A stretch of DNA of 64,000 nucleotides from Octopus vulgaris. Its lineage: Eukaryota. A program made the position numbers and the translations under genes. Under the pieces are notes generated by a model, which worked only from the letters and a program-made list of their open reading frames with translations, made no database searches and had not been told where the DNA came from. The stretch is taken from contig OX597814.1 of NCBI GenBank assembly GCA_951406725.2, positions 16,554,001 to 16,618,000 on the forward strand. Direction: 5' to 3'. Below, piece after piece: positions 43,680-57,638 of this stretch. Numbering within the stretch: position 1 is the first letter of the stretch; the number at the start of each line of letters is the position of its first letter.

Positions 43680-43877
43680 TGTGTACCGATGGCGATTTTT
43701 TTCCTCCGTCTTCCCTTCTCTGGATCTTTCCTTCTCCTATGTTTCCGACGAAGAGCTCCGCTCGAAACGTTAAACCGTACTTCCTTCCTTCTTTCCTGAG
43801 CGTCCAATAATACTATATTTGTTCCACGTCCTCGCGTTGTTGTGTTTTTTTTTGTGCTTTCTTGTTTGGATTAACTT
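43680..43877 (+). mobile_element. Penelope-like pseudo-LTR fragment
   Basis: Carries a hammerhead-like motif; its 3' part recurs inverted at 38046-38135 and shares cctgagcgt...taatac with the element at ~22790-22975. Confidence 0.6.
43741..43775 (+). ncRNA. Minimal type I hammerhead-like motif (U4C variant)
   Basis: guuu CCGACGA a GAGC-ucc-GCUC GAA ACGU U aaac. Confidence 0.55.
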
Positions 43878-43885
43878 TAGTAATC

Positions 43886-45058
43886 ATACTTTGTCCTTAT
43901 TTATAATGCAAATTTTAAAGAGTGCAGTTCGATTTTAACAGCTATTTTTTAAAGCTATAATTGAAGTGAGATAAGGAGAATATCCGGCATATTTTGCTTA
44001 ATGAGTTCAATGAAGTCAACAACACGACAGAAAGTGCGAGAAATATTAATGCAGTATATGGGAATTGGACAATAAGCGTACGCCAGTTTCACCGGTGGGT
44101 CCAGAAATTCCGAGCCTAAAACTATAACCTACAAAAACGAGCCTCGTCCTTGAAGATCTGTAGAACTCGACGATGACGTCCTGCAACTCCTGGTGGAACA
44201 AAATCCCATCGTAACTGTTGATGTACTAGCAGAAAAGCTTGGATTTGGTCATTCAACCTTACATCGACACCTACGTGCCATCAGCAAAATCAGCAAATTG
44301 AGTCAGTGGTTTCCTCACAAACTTCTCGAGTCTAATCGCGCATAGAGTGAATGTATGCTTCTCTTTGCTGTCACGTTTCACGAATTAACCGTTTTGGGAC
44401 CGGATAGTGACTGGTGACGAGAAATAGCTTCTCTATAAAAATGTCAAGCACAGAAGATGGTGGGTATGGAAAGGAGAAACACCGGCTACCCAGGCTAAAG
44501 AAGGTATTCACGCACATAAGGTATTGTCATCTGTTTGTGGAATAAGAAAGGCTTAGTCCACTTTGAAATTTTAAAGCCAAACCAAACGATAGCTAAAGAG
44601 ATCTACAGCGAGCATCTTTAGCGGCCTCAATCAGCGCTTGAATCAAAACGACCATCTTTGGTTTCAAGACGAAAATTTTTCTTCCATCAGGGCCACATAA
44701 AGCGAGGATGACATTTGAAATGCAGGAACAGCTTGAATAGAAGGCAATGCCTCATCCACCATATCCGCCGGATATTTTCCCTTCTGATTGCCATTTATTG
44801 CATAGTCATCAAAATCATTTATAAAATATAAGGACAACGAATATGAAGTGCATGACTCCTGAATCAAGAAAACTATTTGCTTGCAATAATATAAAGTAAA
44901 ATTTACAGGAAAACCTTAAGAAAATATAAAGAAAAGAAGAAAAATTTGCATAAATCCTCTTGAGAAACATCCCTAAGTGGGGACGGAGAAAAACACCAGC
45001 AGAAATATTTGAAACACCAAAAACTGAGTTATGAAAACGATTACATATGGGATCATAT
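43886..45058 (+). mobile_element. Mariner (Tc1/mariner) transposon, decayed
   Basis: Transposase relic ~43961-44880: ESARNINAVYG, RWVQKFR, WFPHKL (WVPHEL), RIVTGDEK, PYPPDIFPSDCHL (YSPDLAPSD); TIRs barely discernible. Confidence 0.85.
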
Positions 45059-45119
45059 CCTGCAATAAGAAAATCTCGTATATAATCAATGCCTGGTGAT
45101 TTTGTAGCGTATTTATATC

Positions 45120-45595
45120 TGTTCTTTCTTTTGAGTAACAGTTCTATTTCCTGATGTCTAATGCCGCTTTCTTCCAGCCAGTTCATTAAGCTCGACATCC
45201 ATAACATCTTCTTCCCTCCTCTGCCTCTTGCCCCTTCAATCTTTCCGGGTATCGCTAAATTCTCCAGGCTCTCTTTTTTCATCACAAGAATCAGAAATCT
45301 TAATTGCTTGGCTCATATCACGGGAAGAGTTGCCCTATTTACCGCAGCCATGTTCATCACTTCTTCATTACACACCGAATGATTCTCAATGCACTACTTA
45401 AGAACCACATTTCACAGCTCTCCCAGCGCCTACTTAGTTCTGAAGTTAAACACCATGTCCTACTTCCATACATTAACGCTGGACAAACAACAGTTTAATA
45501 TACGGATCTTGGTTTTGATGCTCAGAGTACGGCTTCTCAAGATGTTACACAATTTTTAGAATGCAGATTTTACCAGCACTATTCATCTATTGATC
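45120..45595 (-). mobile_element. RTE-clade LINE C-terminal fragment
   Basis: LSIKTKIRIL, LMYGSRTW, CEMWFL, LENLAIPGKIEGARGRG. Confidence 0.8.
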
Positions 45596-45822
45596 CCCGG
45601 TTATGGAAAATATCAAAGTGAGGTATGATACAGGGAGTAGAGTGGATGATAAATACGCTACAAAATCACCAGGCATTGATTATATACGAGATTTTCTTAT
45701 AGCAGTTTGTAAAAAGATATTATTTGACTACAGGTGCGTGGCTCAAATTTGACAACGAAGGATTTGTAATAATTGTATGGGAATGGTCTTACTCCAAGAA
45801 AACACAAATATGGCAGAGAATA

Positions 45823-45870
<48 letters not shown>

Positions 45871-45874
<4 letters not shown>

Positions 45875-46497
45875 TAAGTAATTAAGGGTTTAGCAACGAT
45901 TTGCCTCACCACACACCGAATTTAGAAATAGCAGTCAAAGAGTTATAGCTATTCTTTCTACTAAAAGGGAGATCTCAGTAAAACCACAGCACTTGAAAGG
46001 CAAACACAGACAGGCAAGAGAGAAAGAAATGAGGGCAATCTATCATACAATTTTAAGTCACCTACGGACGTACGTTTCGAAATTAAGTTTTAGGAAAGCA
46101 TAAGAATTAGATAATTATGTCTTACCCAACTTCTTTTCCCATCAGCGTAGGACACTACAATTATGAGTAATTGCATATTAAATTTCGAGATACTAGAAGG
46201 CATCATCTCAACTCAGTATCATGATAGATTGCCGTCATTTCTTTCTCTCTTGCCTGTCTGTGTTTGCCTTTCAAGTGCTGTGGTTTTACTGAGATCTCCC
46301 TTTTAGTAGAAAGAATAGCTATAACTCTTTGACTGCTATTTCTAAATTCGGTGTGTGGTGAGGCAAATCGTTGCTAAACCTTTAATTACTTAGTATTACT
46401 TAAACTTTCCTCGAATGAGGCTTTTACATGCCGAAATCTACTTGGTGAAATTAATGATTATTCCAAATTAATTAATTTCACCCTATATTATTACTGA

Positions 46498-46501
<4 letters not shown>
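45871..46501. mobile_element. Penelope-like element with inverted pseudo-LTRs inserted in (TA)n
   Basis: 176-bp near-perfect inverted arms 45871-46046 / 46221-46396, hammerhead in the spacer, ~105-bp tail, (TA)n on both sides. Confidence 0.7.
46061..46151 (-). ncRNA. Type I hammerhead ribozyme (A9G variant, long stem II)
   Basis: Minus strand: ccuacg CUGAUGG gaaa...uuuc GAA ACGUACGU C cguagg; 6-bp stem I, palindromic stem III, GUC cleavage triplet. Confidence 0.7.
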
Positions 46502-46556
<55 letters not shown>

Positions 46557-46923
46557 CAGAACGAACTAGAATACACACAATTTATATTCAGGTGTGAAGG
46601 AAATTATCTGTCATATATATTTCACGAATATCGAATCTTAAGCAAAAGAATGTATTTAGATGTATAAGTCTCTAGCGTTTATTTACAATAGGAAATAGCC
46701 TTATTAGGGAATATATAGCTATATCAAGATATTTTCTATAATCAATAAACGCTGAAGGTTTATAATTCTACAAAGTTTCTGTTGCGATTAATTTTTCATA
46801 ATAAGCACACTGGTTATCTGGTAAAGCAGTGCCTGGAAAGACTTTGAAATTCTATATATCGTTGTGGGTTGATATGACTGTTATGTCGCTACTGGACGTT
46901 TGCAATTGAGGAAATCAAGTAGA

Positions 46924-47330
46924 GCAGGAGTGGCTGTGTGGTAAGTAGCTTGCTAACCAACCACATGGTTCCGGGTTCAGTCCCACTGCGTGGCATCTTG
47001 GGCAAGTGTCTTCTGCTATAGCCCCGGGCCGACCAATGCCTTGTGAGTGGATTTGGTAGACGGAAACTGAAAGAAGCCTGTCGTATATATGTATATATTT
47101 TTAAGTGTGTGTGTGTATATGTTTGTGTGTCTGTGTTTGTCCCCCTAGCATTGCTTGACAACCGATGCTGGTGTGTTTACGTCCCTGTCACTTAGCGGCT
47201 CGGCAAAAGAGACCGATAGAATAAGTACTGGGCTTACAAAGAATAAGTCCTGGGGTCGATTTGCTCGACTAAAGGCGGTGCTCCAGCATGGCCGCAGTCA
47301 AATGACTGAAACAAGTAAAAGACTAAAAGA
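46924..47330 (+). mobile_element. SINE family B, full length
   Basis: A/B boxes (tggctgtgtgg, ggttcagtcc); multiple copies in the window. Confidence 0.9.
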
Positions 47331-47499
47331 GAGCAAAATCACGTCGTCTAGCAGTTCCAGCGGCCGTAGCAGACGGCTTTAGACTAGCAACGATATAAAC
47401 ACGAGTGCTTTTATGCACTACGAGACAATATGAAAGGAACCTCTCACGGTAAATAACGCGGTATTCTGTGTTCTAACACAATGACATTGAAATGGATAT

Positions 47500-48530
<1,031 letters not shown>

Positions 48531-48848
48531 CCACTGTTCATTGATTATAGAAAATACCTTGATATAGCTAAATACTCCCTAAAAAGGCTATTTCCTATTG
48601 TTGATATACGCTAGAGACTTATACATATAAATGCAGTCTTTTGCTTTAAGATTCAATATTCGTGAAATATATATGATAGATAATTTCCTCCACACATGAA
48701 CATAAATTCTGAGTAGTTTTGTTCGTTCTGCTATATATATTTTCTATTCTCTACAATATTTGTGTTTTCTTGGAGTAAGACCATTCCTATACAGTGATTA
48801 CAAATCCTTCATTGTCAACTTTGAGCCAGACACCTGTAGTCGAATATA

Positions 48849-49230
48849 GAAGCACTCCGTCGGTTACGACGATGAGGGTTCCGGTTGATCCGAATCAACG
48901 GAACAGCCTGCTCGTGAAATTAACGTGTAAGTGGCTGAGCACTCCACAGACACGTGCACCCTTAACGTAGTTCTCGGGGATATTCAGCGTGACACAGAGA
49001 GTGACAAGGTCGGCCCCTTGAAATACAGGTACAACAGAAACAGGAAGTAAGAGTGAGAGAAAGTTGTGGTGAAAGAGTACAGCAGGGATCACCCCCATCC
49101 CCTACCGGAGCCTCGTAGAGCTTTTAGGTGTTTTCGCTCAATAAACACTCACAACGCCCGGTCTGGGAATCGAAACCGCGATCCTATGACCGCGAGTCCG
49201 CTGCCCTATCCACTGGGCCATTGCGCCTCC
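48849..49230 (-). mobile_element. SINE family A with target-site duplication
   Basis: gtagtcgaata on both sides. Confidence 0.92.
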
Positions 49231-49429
49231 ACCGTAGTCGAATAATGATATCTTAATACAAACTGCAATAAGAAAATCTCGCACATAATCAATGCCTGGT
49301 GATTTTGTAGTGTATTTATCATCCACTGTACTGTCTGTATCATAGCTCACAATGATATTTTCTATGACAATTCCCGAAATTGCTGGTCTTTTGCTAAAAT
49401 TTGAATACTGCATTATTATTGTTGTTATT

Positions 49430-49582
49430 AAGACGGTGAGCTAGTAGAATCTGAGGGACGCAGGGCAAAATACTTAACGTTCTGAGTTCTGATTGCACCG
49501 CAGTTGACTTTGGCTTTCAACATTTCGGAGTCTATACAATAATTGCCGTTTGAAAACTGGCCTTGTGCCAAAATTAGAAACC
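49430..49582 (+). mobile_element. SINE family C, decayed and deleted
   Basis: aagacggtgagctagtagaatc head, ggccttgtgccaaaattagaaa tail. Confidence 0.6.
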
Positions 49583-49598
49583 ATTGTTGTTGTTGTTG

Positions 49599-49659
<61 letters not shown>

Positions 49660-49678
49660 CATTATTATTACTATTATT

Positions 49679-50144
49679 CAGTAGTTTTATTTTTATAGCG
49701 TGCTTTCACTTCACTACCGAGCGCAGCTCTGTGTGCCTTGGGTATGTGCTGTGATTTGTTGTTATGCTCTGATGGTTATTGTATGGAAAGTGTTCTGCGT
49801 AGGATGTGTGCAGTGCCTAGTAGTGCAATTTTCTGTATGTTATATGTGTTTTTAAGTCCTGGTGTTTTTGTTATGTATTTGTCTGAATATTTTTTTATCA
49901 TGCCTAATGCACCTACTATGATAGGAATTGTTTCTGTTTTTAGATTCCAACTTCTGGTTACCTCCATTTCCAGGTCTTTGTATTTTGAAAGTTTCTCCAT
50001 TTCTTTTAGAGACACGTTGTCATCTGCCGGTATTGATACATCAATTAGAAAGCATTTTTTTCCTTCATGATCTCTGACAACTATATCTGGTCTGTTGGCC
50101 TTAATTTCTCTATCTGTGTGCATCGGCATATCCCAGAGTATGGT
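49679..50144 (-). mobile_element. Dong family 1, 3' fragment (RLE + 3' UTR)
   Basis: ORF 49776-50129 is near-identical to the C-terminus at ~3617-3969 and lacks its frameshift; (TTA)n flanks. Confidence 0.92.
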
Positions 50145-50177
50145 ATTGTTATTAATATTATTTTTATTATTATTATT

Positions 50178-50391
50178 AAGGCGACGAGCTGGAAGAATCG
50201 TTAGCGCGCCGGGCGAAATGCTTAGCGGTATTTCGCCCGTCGCTACGTTCTGAGTTCAAATTCCACCGAGGTCGTCTTTGCATTTCATTCTTTCGGAGTC
50301 GATAAATCAAGTACCAGTTGCGTACTGGGGTGTATCAAATCGACTGGCTCCCTTCCCCAAAATTTCAGGCCTTGTACCTAGAATAGAAAGG

Positions 50392-50392
<1 letters not shown>
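50178..50392 (+). mobile_element. SINE family C, full length
   Basis: A box gagctggaagaatcgttag, B box gagttcaaattcc, ends agaaagg(att)n. Confidence 0.88.
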
Positions 50393-50434
<42 letters not shown>

Positions 50435-50435
<1 letters not shown>

Positions 50436-50503
50436 GTTTATTCCTTCTTTCTTCAAATTTTCTTCCGTTTCTCGCCGAGTGTTTTCCATACACCTAGGGG
50501 AGA
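50435..50503 (-). mobile_element. 3' tip related to Dong family 2
   Basis: Reverse complement resembles 16015-16075 (cctagg...acactcggc.agaaa.ggaag.aaatttgaa); (TTA)n flanks. Confidence 0.65.
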
Positions 50504-50534
<31 letters not shown>

Positions 50535-50541
50535 GTAGTAT

Positions 50542-50593
<52 letters not shown>

Positions 50594-51331
50594 TATTTTA
50601 TTATTACGAAGCCATTTTTTATTTCCGCTCTGAAAACAACTTCTTGTATTTTTGCTGACTAATATTTTTAGGTTACTAGTTTAACTCTATAAATTAAAGG
50701 AAGCCTTTATCTCAGATTAACAGTGCGCTTCCTGTCTCATAGCCGTGGCATCTTTTCCCAAACACACTGAATTCATCTTTAGATCGGGATTAAGCGGATG
50801 AGAAAACCATCGTGAACAATGCAGTAATTTAAGATCATCAAAATACAGAATAGAGAAACCGTGGTTATTAATAAGATAAATAATGCGTGGGTTTCGGTTT
50901 ATAGCAAGACGGCCAGTGTACGATACTTGAGAAATGTGGTACAATTTTCTGCTGTTCTTATGCATAATGTGCTTACTTATTAAACACAAGTTGTATTGTC
51001 ATAGTGAGATGGTGACTATATAATCGAGATGACTGTCACTTGTACTTATTCAACTGAAATAAGATAAATGAAAGACAAGACTCAACCCATTAGTATTTGC
51101 TCTGAGAGCGTTAAGAGCATAATACAACTTTTATAATGTAGGACACCATGTTAGTATGTGTTTCATAATTCTTCACCTAAACTATGATAGAACGATAGTA
51201 ACTGGGACAGTTTGTCTAAAAGCATTGATTTAGTTCTTCCACTCACTGTTCTGTGTTCAAATCACACTGCGTTCCCATGTCTGTCTTTTATTTCTCCCTG
51301 TTGGTAAAGATGAAAAAAATTGATATTAGAT

Positions 51332-51711
51332 GGAAGCACTCCGTCGGTTACGACGACGAGGGTTCCGGTTGATCCGAATCAACGGAACAGCCTGCTCGTG
51401 AAATTAACGTGTAAGTGGCTGAGCACTCCACAGGCACGTGTACCCTTAACGCAGTTCTCGGGGATATTCAGCGTGACATAGAGAGTGACAAGGCCGGCCT
51501 TTGAAATACAGGCACAACAGAAACAGGAAGTAAGAGTGAGAGAAAGTTGTGGTGAAAGAGTACAGTAGGGATCATCACCATCCCTGCCGGAGCATCGTGG
51601 AGCTTTAGGTGTTTTCGCTCAATAAACACTCACAACGCTCGGTCTGAGAATCGAAACCACGATCCTACGACCGCGAGTCCGCTGCCCTAACCACTGGGCC
51701 ATTGCGCCTCC
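51332..51711 (-). mobile_element. SINE family A with 11-bp TSD
   Basis: tgatattagat at 51321-51331 and 51714-51724. Confidence 0.93.
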
Positions 51712-51902
51712 ACTGATATTAGATATGGATGGTATAAACATTAGATATCGATAGGGTAATTTCACTGTGTAATTATAATCTTATTTGTACCTATTTGTAT
51801 TTATTAATTTTCGTTGCTCATTTGCATAAAACTTGTTACCCTAACTTACTGTTGTAAGCTCAGTTTCGTTGTTTCGTTCCTTTTGGTTGATTAAAAAAAA
51901 TA

Positions 51903-52153
51903 ATAAATGCGCCCTTTTAAAGCTATAGCCAGACTCATGTGCCCGGTTTCCCGGTTTCAATGCGTATGTGTTCTCCAGTTGGATGGGACCCCAGTCCATC
52001 GCAGCATTATTCATTTTTGCCAGCTGATTGGAGTGGAGCAACGTGAAATGAAGTGTTTTGCTCAAGAACACAACGCGTCGTCCGGTCCAGGAATCGGAAC
52101 CACAATCTTACTATCATGATGCTGACACCCTAACCGCTAGGCCATGCGCCTCC
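51903..52153 (-). mobile_element. tRNA-derived SINE family D
   Basis: Reverse complement of 52858-53110. Confidence 0.85.
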
Positions 52154-52553
52154 ACCTTTGGTTGATTACCTAGGACATAAATTTCTTCTAATCTTTCTTG
52201 TAAAGCATTTCGATTTGCTGAATATTAGATAGGAGAGAAACAAGTGTCATTAGCTGCCCTCTTGCCACCAGACAATAAAGCGATTTTTTATCTCTTTCGA
52301 TAGAGAATACTTGGTTCTTGAGGATATTTCCTTTTCTCATTTGGAGTAGGTCCCATTTCCCTTCCAACTATTGTTCTACTTTCACTGGAAGCGGAGGTAA
52401 TTTCAATAAACCAGCGATTTATTGGCATTTAACGAACATATCCGCATTGGATGTTTTGCAATATGACACTAGCCACTCAGCGCTATTTCTCATAGCTCAT
52501 TTTTATTTCACACACACACTCACACAAACACAAAGACACATACAGAGATACAT

Positions 52554-52595
<42 letters not shown>

Positions 52596-52857
52596 GCGCA
52601 TTTACATATTTATCCGCGTGTGTGAGAGACAGAGAGTGTGTGCGTGTGAAAGAGTACTTGAATGGGTGTTTTCACCAAAACTATTGCGGACATATCTAAA
52701 CTATATATCCTACTTACCCACAGTAAGAAGTGGAGTTTTTTGCCAGATATATCTTGAAACATACCCACCAACTTCCGCATAAGATGCACAAACCGAAAGG
52801 TACACACCATTCATCTAGATAAAGATTTAATTTCATTTCATTCTATGATAAATACGT

Positions 52858-53110
52858 GGAGGCACATGGCTTAGTGGTTAGGTTGTCAGCATCATGATCG
52901 TAAGATTGTGGTTTCGATTCCTGGACCGGGCGACGCGTTGTGTTCTTGAGCAAAACAATTCATTTCACGTTGCTCCAGTCCACTCAGCTGGCAAAAATGA
53001 GTAACGCTGCGATGGACTGGCGTCCCGTCCAGCTGGGGAACACATAGGCCATTGAAAGCGGGAAACCAGACCTATGAGCCTGGTTACGCTTTAAAAGGGC
53101 ACATTTATTT
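52858..53110 (+). mobile_element. tRNA-derived SINE family D (V-domain-like centre)
   Basis: A box tggcttagtgg, B-box-like gtttcgattcc, ctgcgatggactggcgtcccgtccag motif reminiscent of V-SINEs. Confidence 0.85.
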
Positions 53111-56100
53111 ATTATTTATATGAGAAATACAGTATGTTAAACTTATTTACTTGTCTCATGATCGGATTGCGGTCGGTTGGGATGAATTATATAGTTGAAC
53201 ACCTTGAGTAGTTTGGTCAACTAAAACCGCCAATTTACGATAACAATTAAAGATAACAATATTAAAGATAACAATATCACGTGACAAGTGTTGGTGACGG
53301 ACAAAGTAAAAGATATATATATATATGTATATACGACGAACCTCTGCACAGTTTCCTTCTCAAAAACTTGTTCATATTGCATTGGTATGACCGGAGCTCC
53401 TGGAGGAAATGTTTGTGCAGTATGTTTGCAATGCTACCTAAGCACAAATCGAGGAATGGCCTCAGTATGAAACAAATTTCATAAGCATACAATAAAGATG
53501 TCTCGACTTGAAGGAAATACTGCACTGAAACTCCTTCAAATCAAATTGTAGCAATACTTGAATGCTCCCATTATGAAAATAGAGCAATACCATTACAAAT
53601 CTAAATCCGAAGATTAAAAAAAACTAAGCAGGTGTAGTAATATAATACAGATCTGTTACTCTCTATCCGACCCTACAACTGTCAGAAAGTCTAATTTCCG
53701 ACGCCATTAATCCATACATCCCTCTATCCATATGGTAGCATAGATTCTTACCACAGTACTCAAACTTAGCCCGTAAGATATCGGATGTCTAAAATATCAA
53801 AATGTACACTTCTTATAACCATGATATCGGCAAAGATTTCGGTTTTCTTTGGTGGTTCTACAGTAAATGCCACTTTAAAAGAAACATTAAATGCTAGCTT
53901 CGTAATACATGTAAGACTATCAGTTCTAAATGGGGCTACACTCATAACGCGTAATCTTCAAATGAAGCAGCATAACAATCCATCTTCTCACATGCTCTGT
54001 ATCCTATGTATCTGCATACAAATTTCTCACCCCGCCAAAAAGATGCAGGCAACTGCAAATGCAGATGTTATTACTTTCACGTTCTTCAACAATTATCATT
54101 ACATTGGTTCGCAACTAATCTAACCCTGTTTAATTTGACTTTCATCCTTGATGTGTAACTGAATACAATATTTTCCTTCTTGCTATTTATACTACAGTTA
54201 ACTAAATATTACAAAACATTACACTCTACAAATTAACACACCAATTACAAAAACGATAGGAGTAACGCGACAGATTTAAATGGTCTACAGCACGCAGACA
54301 AAAGAAAGCCAAAAGACTCACAAATATATTTGCAGCAATCACTGTACTGCATTTGGGTAATAACAGCAAGAACAATGTATAATAATGAATTATGTCAATA
54401 AAAACAATTAAAAAGAACTATGCCAATCGTGCCAGAAACACCAGTTTCTTTCTATACACTACAAAAACTAGAGGCAAAAAGAAAAAATATCATTTTATAC
54501 ATCAAGTCAGTTTGTAAACAGATATCACACATTTTCAATAATGACTTACATAACAACGAAAAATACTAAAACCAAAAGCTGACCTTAACATGTTCGGATC
54601 ATGGCTTGTTGCCGCCGTAAGTTTCAACCCCAAACTCCCTACTACTATAGCAAAACCACTTCTAGTACTCCGTCACATATCCAACATTCCAGGGTATACC
54701 TACAACATCGTAAAAATGCTACGCCTCCAGTCAATAACAAGCATTAGTTACGTATACATATAATAATATAAATGGATTTATTGGTCACACATATTTCATT
54801 AGGATACAAATTACTAAAATTAAAAGCAGAAGAACGGCCATAGTTGATGTATGGTCGGGTCCAACATTACTGGTTCTGTTGCCATACAAATTCACGATCT
54901 TACCGCAATAGACTTGACAGAAGAGCGTGTATAGCATAGCTCGACTATAACATTGCACTTCTTATGATTCCTTATTAATGTTGCAGCGTGCAGCATGGAT
55001 ATAATACAAAAGTTGGATCTGTGGATCACTGGACCTTAGATGGCATGACTAACTGGTTGCTATAGGACTGATTGGAGAAGAATGACCAGGGGCTAAATAG
55101 AAAAAGGCCTCCGTTATTCTGGCATTCATTTAGAGGAAAAGATTTCACTGAACAATGTATTCTATGAAAACAATCTTTCTTATCATGTCCCATTGAGGAT
55201 GAAAAAAATATATCTCGAAAAAAAAAAAAATTCAACAAAAGTAATTTTTTAAAACATCTATAAATATCTATAAATATATAAATAAAAATGTAATCTTAAT
55301 TTCCATTTCAGTGACTCAAAAGTTGAACAATGCGAAATCGAAAAATATTCAAAGAAAATATTTAAAAAGAAAACATATGTACACGCACAACTAGAGAGCC
55401 GAAAAAAAAAACCTTGCAAAACAAAACAAAAAGAATATTTAAAAAAAGAAACAGACGATGATATGATAGTGTTAATACCGTGTACAAATGTCTTTAATGT
55501 TTAACAGCTTTTATGTATGATATAGAATATAAAAGAAAAATAGAACTTTTTTTTTCACAATTTGTCCTAATATTTTCAAACATTACGTGTAGTTATCATG
55601 TTTTGTTGAGATATCCTCGAAATATTAAACAACGACTTATCAAATCCGAAAATCACATCTTGTTTATTTATTATTTTTGGTTTTCGGTCTGATAATCAAA
55701 ATAAAGTGCAAAATATCATACATGAAATGAATAAATTTACTACATTAAAGAACGGTGCTGGCGTTAGTTGCAGAGGAGGTAGTGGTGGAAGTGGTGTTGA
55801 TGGTGATGGTGATGGTGGTGGTAGTCTTGATGGTATGTTCGTGGCGTAATTGGTTGGAATTGGTTGGAATGGTAATTATAAAAGTTTGGAACAATTTACT
55901 CATGTTACATGCGAAAATAGATTAGTCATGGAACACTTCTGTAAACAATCACGCTAACAAATACACACACACGTGTGTGTGTATGTGTGTTTGCGTGTGA
56001 GTATGTGTGTGCGTGCGGTTTTGTGTCTAAGTGCGTGAGCATGGTGAGCCTATGTAAATAGAAATAAGCATTTACATTTATATGTAAATACGTAAATATA

Positions 56101-56164
56101 TTTTGCATATATATATATATATATATGCAAAATACATTTACGTATTTACATATAAATGTAAATG

Positions 56165-56204
<40 letters not shown>

Positions 56205-56239
56205 AAATATATTTACGTATTTACATATAAATGTAAATG

Positions 56240-56284
<45 letters not shown>

Positions 56285-57066
56285 CATAAATATACATGCG
56301 TGCGTGTATGTGTAAGTATTTATATATTTGTATCCATAATTATGTGCATACGATATACAATATATTTATATATATGTATATATGTGATTTTCTATATGTA
56401 GTATGCAGTTTCATTCCTACCTCATATAGTGTTTGTAGATATATTTTTTTTATCAATGTATTTTCAATTGGCAATTCAAAATATTAGATTGGAGTTATTG
56501 CACAATCGAAATACCAGAAGCAGAAATAAATGAAACCTATGATGACGACATCACGATCAAAGCTTGTGGACAATGATTGAATAAAATAATCATCGACAGA
56601 CATAGTGATTGACAAATAGATATATAGAGAGCGACACATGGATACATAGAGGAAAAGATAGGGAAGATTGAGAGGGATAACTGGTGAGCTAGATTGTTGA
56701 AAAGATGGAGAGATAACTATAGATAGAAAACGCACAAACATATGTTAATAAATATATACACTTACAATAATGAGAAAAAAAAAGTAATAACACAAAAGTG
56801 GTTTCGAGAATAATTTTGCATTTTGCATAGAAGGACGTTGAAAACAAACATATGACATGTAAAAGATGAAAGATGGAAAGACAGTGGAGATGAGAGTAAG
56901 AGAAAAAGAGAAATTTATGTGGGAGAGAGGGAGAGATAAGTGAGAGAAAGATAAAGAGAGAGAGCTAAAGCATGAGATGAGACTACAACAGATAAACCAA
57001 AATACAAATGATAGATATGTCCTTCATCAAAATCTGATTTTTGTCTTTCATATTCATATACATGCT

Positions 57067-57098
<32 letters not shown>

Positions 57099-57581
57099 CT
57101 TGTGTATGCATGCAATCTATATAATTATATAGCGAAATGTAAAGCAGACCGCCAAATGCGTAGAAAATCAAATATGCAAAGGAGTTACACACAGATAGAA
57201 AAATATATCATCATTTTGACTAATCACGTGAAACTATTGTTATCAACAGAGATCCAGATAGATGGACAATGATAAATATACATACATACATGCATACAAA
57301 CACACACATATACCATCCGTTTCCATGCATGTACGCTGTAACACTGAGTTATTTCGTTCTTGCGTTTCACCGTTTGCATGTGCGTGCTCGCGTGCATGTG
57401 TTTGTGTTACAGCATGCGTGAAGTGTGCATGTGTGGCCTTGTGCATGGGTTGTTGCCTTGTGCATGCGTGAGCTCTTGTGAATTAGAATTGAAAGTCAAT
57501 GCAATGAGGGGGGGGTATTAAATAATATTGAAGTCGGATCATCACAGTGAGAAGGAGTGATTGAAGCACATATCATATATA

Positions 57582-57638
<57 letters not shown>

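Noticed and set aside
53370-55100. Possible decayed Penelope GIY-YIG region (Cys cluster, YHYIG in ORF 53785-54123)
   Set aside because: Motifs are too weak and frameshifted to call by eye; needs BLASTX or an HMM search.
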